A DNA stretch of 64,000 nucleotides from Eledone cirrhosa. Its lineage: Eukaryota. A program made the position numbers and the translations under genes. How positions within the stretch are numbered: the stretch's first letter is position 1; each line of letters opens with the position of its first letter. Positions 55,701-64,000 of this stretch are shown here, piece by piece. The notes under the pieces are model-generated. The model had not been told where the DNA came from. It saw nothing but the letters and a program-made list of their open reading frames with translations, and ran no database searches. The stretch lies in NCBI GenBank assembly GCA_964016885.1, contig OZ024760.1:35092001-35156000 (forward strand). Direction: 5' to 3'.

Positions 55701-58700
55701 TTTCGAAATCTAAAAAAAACGTAAAAGATTAAAGCTTTTACAAATCTTTGGAAATATTTACTTTTAAATTTTTTTCGAAAAACCTAAAAAATCAGTTTTC
55801 GAAATCAGAAGTTAATATTTCGAAAAACGCAATTTGAAAAACGCATATTAATTTTTTTTCGAAAACCTTATATAATCAATTTTTTTTAGGTTTTTCAAAA
55901 ATGAATGAATAGTCGAAATATATACTTCTGTATCAATATTTTTACGTTTTTCTGATTTTTGTCATGTTTCGAAATTCAAAAAAAACGTAAAAAATTAATG
56001 CTTTAACAAATCTTTAGAAATATCTACTTTCTGGTTTCAAATTTTGCAGATTAAATTTTTTTGAAAAACCTAAAAAAATCAGTTTTCGAAATCAGAAGTT
56101 AATATTTCGAAAAAACGCAACTTGAAAAACGCATATTATTCTTTTTCGAAAACCTAATATAATCAATTTTTTTTAAATATCTATATCTGATTTAAAATAT
56201 TGATTTTTTTAAGTTTTTATAAAACCTTATATAATCAATTTTTTTTAGTTTTTTCTTTCGAAATATTTACTTTCTGGTTTCAAATTTGGCAGATTAAATT
56301 TCTATCGAAAAACCTAAAATAATCAGTTTTCGAAATCAGAAGTTAATATTTCGAAAAACGCAATTTTAAAATCGCATATTAATTTTTTTTCGAAAATCAA
56401 TTTATTTATACCTTTAGAAATATTTATATCTGATTTTATATATTGATTTTTTTAGGTTTTTCGAAAAAAATCTTATAGAATCAATTTTTTTTAGTTTTTT
56501 CGAAAAAGAATGAATGTGAGTTCATAGTCGAAATATATACTTCTGCATTAATCTTTTTACGTTTTTCTGATTTTTTGCATGTTTCGAAATCTAGAAAAAA
56601 CGTAAAAAATTAATGCTTTTACAAATGTTTCGAAATATTTACTTTCTGGTTTCAAATTTTGCAGATTATATTTTTTTCGAAAAACCTAAAAAAATCAGTT
56701 TTCGAAATCAGAAGTTACTATTTCGAAAAACGCAATTTGAAAAACACATTAATTTTTTTTCGAAAACCTTATATAATCAATTTTTTTATAGTTTTAGAAA
56801 TATTTATATCTGATTTCAAATATTGATTTTTTTAGATTTTTTTTTTTTATATAATCAATTTATTTTAGGTTTTTCAAAAAAAAATGAATTTGAGATCATA
56901 GTCGAAATATATACTTTTTTTCTGATTTTTAGCATATAAATCTAAAAAAACATAAAAAAATCAGTTTTGGAAAACAGAAGTTAATATTTCGAAAAACGCA
57001 ATTTAAAAACGCATATTATTTTTTTTCGAAAACCTTATATAATCTTATTACGATTTTCTGATATTTTGCATGTAAATCTGAAAAAACATAAAAAAATTAG
57101 TTTTCGAAATTAGATGTTAATATTTCGAAAAACGCAATTTTAAAAACGCATATTGATTTTATTTCGAAAACCTTATATAATCAATTTTTTTATAAAAATT
57201 TATATCTGATTTCAAATATTGATTTTTTGAAATTTTTCGAAAACCTTATATAATCAATTTTTTTTAGTTTTTTCGAAAAAGAATGAATGTGAGTTCATAG
57301 TCGAAATAAATATTTCTGCATTAATCATTTTACGTTTTTCTGATTTTTCGCATGTTTCGAAATCTAAAAAAAAACGTAAAAAATTAATGCTTTAACGAAT
57401 CTTTAGAAATATCTACTTTCTGGTTTCAAATTTTGCAGATTAAATTTTTTTGAAAAACCTGGAAAAATCAGTTTTCGCAATCAGAAGTTAATATTTCAAA
57501 AAACGCAACTTGAAAAACGCATATTATTTTTTTTCGAAAACCTAATATAATCAATTTTTTTATAAATATCTATATCTGATTTCAAATATTGATTTTTTTA
57601 AGTTTTTAGAAAACCTTATATAATCAATTTTTTTTAGTTTTTTCTAAAAAGAATGAATGTGAGTTCATAGTCGAAATATATACTTCTGCATTAATCTTGT
57701 TACGTTTTTCTGATTTTTTGCATGTTTCGAAATCTAAAAAAAACGTAAAAAATTAATGCTATTACAAATCTTTCGAAATATTTACTTTCTGGTTTCAAAT
57801 TTGGCAGATTAAATTTCTATCGAAAAACCTAAAATAATCAGTTTTCGAAATCAGAAGTTAATATTTCGAAAAACGCAATTTTAAAATCGCATATTAATTT
57901 TTTTTCGAAAATCAATTTTTTTATACCTTTAGAAATATTTATATCTGATTTTATATATTGATTTTTTTAGGTTTTTCGAAAAAAATCTTATATAATCAAT
58001 TTTTTTTAGTTTTTTCGAAAAAGAATGAATGTGAGTTCATAGTCGAAATATATACTTCTGCATTAATCTTTTTACGTTTTTCTGATTTTTTGCATGTTTC
58101 GAAATCTAGAAAAAACGTAAAAAATTAATGCTTTTACAAATATTTCGAAATATTTACTTTCTGGTTTCAAATTTTGCAGATTAAATTTTTTTTGAAAAAC
58201 CTAAAAAAATCAGTTTTCGAAATCAGAAGTTACTATTTCGAAAAACGCAATTTGAAAAACGCATATTAATTTTTTTTCGAAAACCTTATATAATCAATTT
58301 TTTTATAGTTTTAGAAATATTTATAACTGATTTCAAATATTGATTTTTTTAGATTTTTTTTTTTTATATAATCAATTGATTTTAGGTTTTTCAAAAAAAA
58401 ATGAATTTGAGATCATAGTCGAAATATATACTTTTTTTCTGATTTTTAGCATATAAATCTAAAAAAACATAAAAAAATCAGTTTTCGAAAACAGAAGTTA
58501 ATATTTCGAAAAACGCAATTTAAAAACGCATATTATTTTTTTTCGAAAACCTTATATAATCTTATTACGATTTTCTGATATTTTGCATGTAAATCTGAAA
58601 AAACATAAAAAAATTAGTTTTCGAAATTAGATGTTAATATTTCGAAAAACGCAATTTTAAAAACGCATATTGATTTTATTTCGAAAACCTTATATAATCA

Positions 58701-58797
58701 ATTTTTTTATAAAAATTTATATCTGATTTCAAATATTGATTTTTTGAAGTTTTTCGAAAACCTTATATAATCAATTTTTTTTAGTTTTTTCGAAAAA
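49731..58797. repeat. AT-rich satellite, ~370-bp monomer rich in TTTCGAAA, with ~3.5-3.7-kb higher-order repeat
   Basis: The landmark gtttcgaaat(c/t)... occurs at 49731, 50123, 50491, 50863, 51724, 52094, 52441, 53056, 53813, 54183, 54555, 55330, 55700, 55966, 56581, 57354, 57724 and 58096. Identical pseudo-ORFs at 53088 and 56613 are 3,525 bp apart. Confidence 0.97.
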
Positions 58798-60398
58798 CAC
58801 TTAAATTGGGTATATATTAAAATATAACCTAATGTTTGTTGAGTGAGATGGTTACCAGTTAGAGATTAGTTTTAAACTATCTCTGTTATTGTATTAATAT
58901 TTTACTCTGGATTGGCCAGAGGTGTTTATTTCCAGGTACCTTATAAACTTGACTTTCCGTATTTATTACTGTTGTGCGATATTGTGGTTTTTATTGGTTG
59001 TAACTTCTCTGTTTTTTAGCCTAAGAAAATATATATATGCCTATGTATATAATTACATGCATACATTTATTTTTTTTAATTGATTGAGTTCTTTACACGA
59101 GGAATTGATATTAGTTTTGAAATAACTAATTAACCCGCGTGTGCTTTATATTTTACTCTTAATTCGCACGGAGATTTTCATTCCCATTTGCCCTTTAAAG
59201 CATAACTATCCGTATTTACTACGGTTACGAGATGCGGTTTCTTATTCAGGTACAACCTCTGATTTAGCCTAAGAAAATATCTATATGCGTGTGTAATTTA
59301 TACACGCATATATTTATTTTTTTAATTTCAATTGAGTTCTTAACACGTTGGATTGATAATGTGTTCGAAAAAACTGTTTAACCCGCGTGTATATTATTTT
59401 TTTCCTCCTTTCGTGGATCGTGGTTGTCTCCTCTTCCCGCTTAGTGATGCTAAAATACTTCCTTAGTCAAAAACTGCTGGAATTTCAAATTTGCCGGTCA
59501 CTCGATGCTTGAAGGAGCAGCTTAACAGACACGATTTTTAACTACGGTAAGAAAATTTTTTTTTCTTATATCAAAGTTTAATGGGCTTCCACTGATGATT
59601 TATAAACGCCTACCTAAATATATTCTTACATGAATGTATATTAGGCTTCTACATAAACTGGAAATATTCTCCGAATTTGTAGAAAACTTATAATGAAACA
59701 ATTGTTTGGAAAGAGAGATATATTTTAACTTTAATTATATCTCACAAAATAATACAACTGGCTTTTCCACATAATACATATTGTTAGCACCCCGAACACT
59801 TAAATTGGGTTTATATTAAAATATAACCTAATGTTTGTTGAGTGAGATGGTTACCAGTCAGAGATTAGCTTTAAACTATCTCTGTTATTGTATTAATATT
59901 TTACTCTTGATTGGCCAGATGTGTTTATTTCCAGGTACCTTATAAATTTGACTTTCCGTATTTATTACTGTTGTGCGATATTGTGCTTTTTATTGGTTGT
60001 AACTTCTCTGTTTTTTAGCATAAGAAAATATATATATGCCTATGTATATAATTACATGCATACATTTATTTTTTTAAATTAATTGAGTTCTTTACACGAG
60101 GAATTGATATTAGTTTTGAAATAACTAATTAACCCGCGTGTGTTTTATATTTGACTCTTAATTCGGCCGGAGATTTACATTCCCATTTGCCCTTTAAAGC
60201 ATAACTTTCCGTATTTACTACGGTTACGAGATGCGGTTTCTTATTCAGGTACAACCTCCGATTTAGCCTAAGAAAATATCGATATGCGTGTGTAATTTAT
60301 ACACGCATATATTTATCTTTTTAATTTCAATTGAGTTCTTAACACGTTGGTTTGATAATGTTTTCGAAAAAACTGTTTAACACGCGTGTATATTATTT
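58795..60398 (+). repeat. Sat-1k, ~1.6 monomers (duplicated copy, with one hammerhead fold whose core is at ~59592)
   Basis: Matches 42982-44585. Confidence 0.97.
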
Positions 60399-63300
60399 TT
60401 ACCTATGTTGGGAGAGTGCCATTACCTATGTTAGCAGAGTGCCTTTACATATGTTAGGAGGGTGCCGTTACCTATGTTAGGAGGGTGCCTTTACCTATGT
60501 TGGAAGGATGCCATTACCTATGTTGGAAGGATGCCGTTACCTTGTTGGGAGATTGCCGTTACCTATGTTGGGAGGGTGCCGTTACCTATGTTGGGAGGGT
60601 GCCATTACCTATGTTGGAAGGTGCCGTTACCTATGTTAGGAGGGTGTCGATACCTATGTTGGGAGAGTGCCGTTACCTATGTTGGGAGAGTGCCATTACC
60701 TATGTTAGGATAGTGCCGTTACCTATGTTGTGAGAGTGCCATTACTTATGTTAGGAGGGTTTCGTTACCTATGTTAGGAGGGTGCTTACCTATTTTGGAA
60801 ATGTGCCATTACCTATGTTAGGAGGGTGCCATTACCTATGTTGGGAGAGTGCCATTACGTATGTTAGGAGGTGCCGTTACCTATTTTAGAAAGGTGCCAT
60901 TACCTATGTTGGGAGAGTGCCGTTACCTATGTTGAGAGAGTGCCGTTACCTATGTTAGGAGGGTGCCGTTACATATGTTAGGAGGGTGCCGTTACCTATG
61001 TTGGGAGGGTACCGTTATCTATGTTGGGAGGGTGATGTTACCTATGTTGAGAGAGTGCCGTTACCTATGATGGGAGGGTGCCGTTAGCTATGTTGGGAGA
61101 GTGCCATTACCTATGTTAGGAATGTGCCGTTACCTATGTTGAGAGAGTGCCATTACCTATGTTAGGAGGGTGCCATTACCTATGTTGGAAATGTGCCATT
61201 ACCTATGTTAGGAGGGTGCCATTGCCTATGTTGGAAGGGTGCCGTTACCTATGTTGGGAGGGTGCCGTTACCTGTGTGGGGAGAGTGCCGTTACCTATGT
61301 TAGGAGGGTGCCGTTACCTATGTTAGGAGGGTGCCTTTACCTATGTTGGAAGGGTGCCATTACCTATGTTGGAAGGATGCCGTTACCTATGTTGGGTGGG
61401 TGCCGTTTCCTATGTTGAGATAGTTCCATTACCTATTTTGGGAACGTGCCGTTACCTATGTTAGGAGGGTGCCATTACCTTTGTTGGAAGGGTACCGTTA
61501 ACTATGTTGGGAAGGTGTCGTTACCAATGTTGGGAGAGTGCCGTTACCTATGTTGGGAGAGTGCCATTACCTATGTTGGGAAAGTGCCGTTACCTATGTT
61601 GGAAGGGTGCCATTACCTATGTTAGGAGGGTGGCGTTACCTATGTTGGGAAGGTGCCGTTACCTGTGTTGGGAGAGTGCCTTTACTTATGTTGGGAGTGT
61701 GCCGTTACCTATGTTGGGAGAGTGCTATTACCTATGTTAGGAGGGTGCCGTTACCTATGTGAGGAGGGTGCCATTACCTATGTTGTAAGGTTGCCATTAC
61801 ATACGTTAGGAGGGTGCCATTACCTATGTTGGGAGAGTGCCATTACCTATATTAGGAGGATTCAGTTACCTATGTTGGGGGGGGGGGGGCGTTAACTATG
61901 TTGGGCGGGTGCCGTTACCTATGTTGGAAGGGTGCTGTTACCTATGTTGGGAGAGTGCCGTTACCTATGTTGGGAGAGTGCCATTACCTATGTTAGGAGG
62001 GTGCCGTTACCTATGTTTGGAGAGTGCTATTACCTATATTAGGAGGATTCCGTTACTTATGTTGGGAGGGTGCCGTTAACTATGTTGGGAGAGAGCCATT
62101 ACCTATGTTAGAAGGGTGCCATTACCCATATTAGGAGGGTGCCGTTATCTATGTTTGGAGGGTGCCGTTACCAATTTTAGGCAGGGTGCCATTACCTATG
62201 TTGGAAGGGTGCCGTTACCTATGTTGGGAAAGTGCCGTTACCAATGTTAGGAGGGTGTCGTTACCTATGTTAGGAGGGTGCAATTACCTATGTTGGAAAG
62301 GTGCCATTACCTATGTTAGGAGGGTGCCATTACCTATGTTAGGAGGGTGCCATTACCTATGTTGGGAGAGTGCCGTTACCTATGTTAGGAGGGTTCCGTT
62401 ATCTATGTTGGGAGAGTGCCATTACTTATGTTAGGAGGGTGCCGTGACCTATGTTGGGAGGGTGCCATTACCTTTGATGGAAGGGTAACGTTACCTATGT
62501 TACGAGAGTGCTGTTACTAATGTTGGGAGGGTGCCGTTACCTATGTTAGGAGAGTGCCCTTACCTATGTTGGGAGGGTGCCGTTACCTATGTTGGGAAAG
62601 TGCCGTTACCTATGTTAGGAGGGTGCCGTTACCTATGTTAGGAGGGTGCCGTTACCTATGTTGGGAGACTGCCATTACCTATGTTAGGAGGGTGCCGTTA
62701 CCTATGTTAGGAGGGTGCTTTTACCTATGTTGGAAGGGTGCCATTACCTGTGTTGGGAGATTGCCGTTACCTATGTTGAGAGGGTGCCGTTACCTATGTT
62801 GAGAGAGTGCCATTACTTATGTTGGAAGAGTGCCATTACCTACGTTGGGAGGGTGCCGTTACCTATGTTGGAAGAGTGCCATTAACTATGTTAGGAGGGT
62901 GTCGTTACCTATGTTGGGAGAGTGCCATTACTTATGTTAGGAGGGTGTCGTTACCTATGTTTGGAGGGTGCCATTACCTATGTTGGGAGAGTGTCGTTTC
63001 CTATGTTGGAAGGGTACCCTTACCTATGTTCGAAGGATGCCGTTACCTATGTTGGGAGCTTGCCGTTACCTATGTTGAGAGAGTGCCGTTACCTATGTTG
63101 GAAGGTTGCTGTTACCTATGTTGGGAGAGTGCCATTACCTATGTTAGAAGGGTGCCGTCACCTATGTTGGGAGAGTGCCATTACCTATGTTAGGAGGGTG
63201 CCGTTACCTATGTTGGGAGAGTGCCATTACCTATATTAAGAGGATTCCGTTACCTATGTTGGGAGGGTGGCGTTAACTATGTTGAGAGAGTGCCGTTACC

Positions 63301-64000
63301 TATGTTGGAAGGGTGCTGTTACCTATGTTGGGAGAGTGCCGTTACCTATGTTAGGAGGGTGCCGTTACATATGTTAGGAGGGTGCCGTTACCTATGTTGG
63401 GAGACAGCCATTACCTATGTTAGGAGGGTGCCGTTACCTATGTTGGGAGGGTGCCATTACCTATGTTGGGGGAGTACCGTTACCTATGTTAGGAGGGTGC
63501 CACTCCTATGTTGGAAGGGTGCCGTAACCTATGGTAGGAGAGTGCCGTTACCTGTTTTGTGAGGGTGCCGTTACATATGTTGGGAGAGTGCCATTACGTT
63601 TGTTGCGAGGGTGCCGTTACCTATGTTGGGAGAGTGCCGTTACCTATGTTGGGAGAGTGCCGTTACCTATTTTGGGAGGGTGCCGTTACCTATGTTAGGA
63701 GGGTGCCGTTACCTATGTTGGGAGGGTGCCATTACCTATGTTGCGAGGGTGGCGTTACCTATGTTGGGAGAGTACCATTACCTATGTTAGGAGGTGCCGT
63801 TACATATGTTTGGAGGGTGCCATTACCTATGTTGGGATAGTGCCGTTACCTATGTTGGGAGAGTGCCGTTACTTATGTTAGGAGGGTGCCGTTACCGATG
63901 TTAGTAGGGTGTCTTTACCTATGTTGGAAGGGTGCCGTTACCTATGTTAGAAGGGTGTCGTTTCCTATGTTGGGAGGGTGCTGTTACCTAAGTTTGGAGA
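60399..64000 (+). repeat. 23-bp minisatellite, second array (truncated by the window end)
   Basis: Same consensus and variant order as 44586-49124, with internal unit-number differences. Confidence 0.98.

Larger units (their letters stand above)
58795..64000 (+). repeat. Segmental duplication of 42982-49124 (initial offset 15,813 bp), running off the window
   Basis: It shares private variants (gggtatatatt, cgcacggag, gatgcttgaagg, cccgaacac), the identical Sat-1k/23-mer junction and the same order of 23-mer variants. Confidence 0.97.

Noticed and set aside
53088-56813. Two identical 66-aa F/K/N-rich ORFs
   Set aside because: They are chance frames in AT-rich satellite, duplicated by the 3,525-bp higher-order repeat.
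44586-64000. True telomeric repeat array
   Set aside because: No tandem TTAGGG or TTAGG is present; the motif occurs only inside a diverged internal 23-mer.

Overview
This window is AT-rich, non-coding eukaryotic (probably invertebrate) repeat DNA with no credible protein-coding gene; every ORF in the track is a by-product of repeats. From left to right: (TA)n/(CA)n microsatellite (~60-792); a ~530-bp palindrome resembling a Penelope-like-element end, with a minimal type I hammerhead ribozyme motif in each arm (793-1323); 43 tandem copies of a ~997-bp satellite (1529-44585); ~224 copies of a 23-bp G-rich minisatellite (44586-49730); a ~370-bp AT-rich satellite with ~3.5-kb higher-order structure and a dyad at most monomer junctions (49731-58797); and a 15,813-bp-offset duplication of the composite block (58795-end). 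The main observation is that each ~1-kb satellite monomer holds a complete type I hammerhead fold (ttcca-CTGATGA-t-ttataa...ttataa-t-GAAA-caattg-TT-tggaa). Its stem III is palindromic, two hairpins are inserted in stem II, and the monomer carries many other hairpins. This suggests a retrozyme-like ribozyme satellite that could yield ~1-kb monomeric or circular RNA. Transcription and cleavage activity are inferred, not shown.
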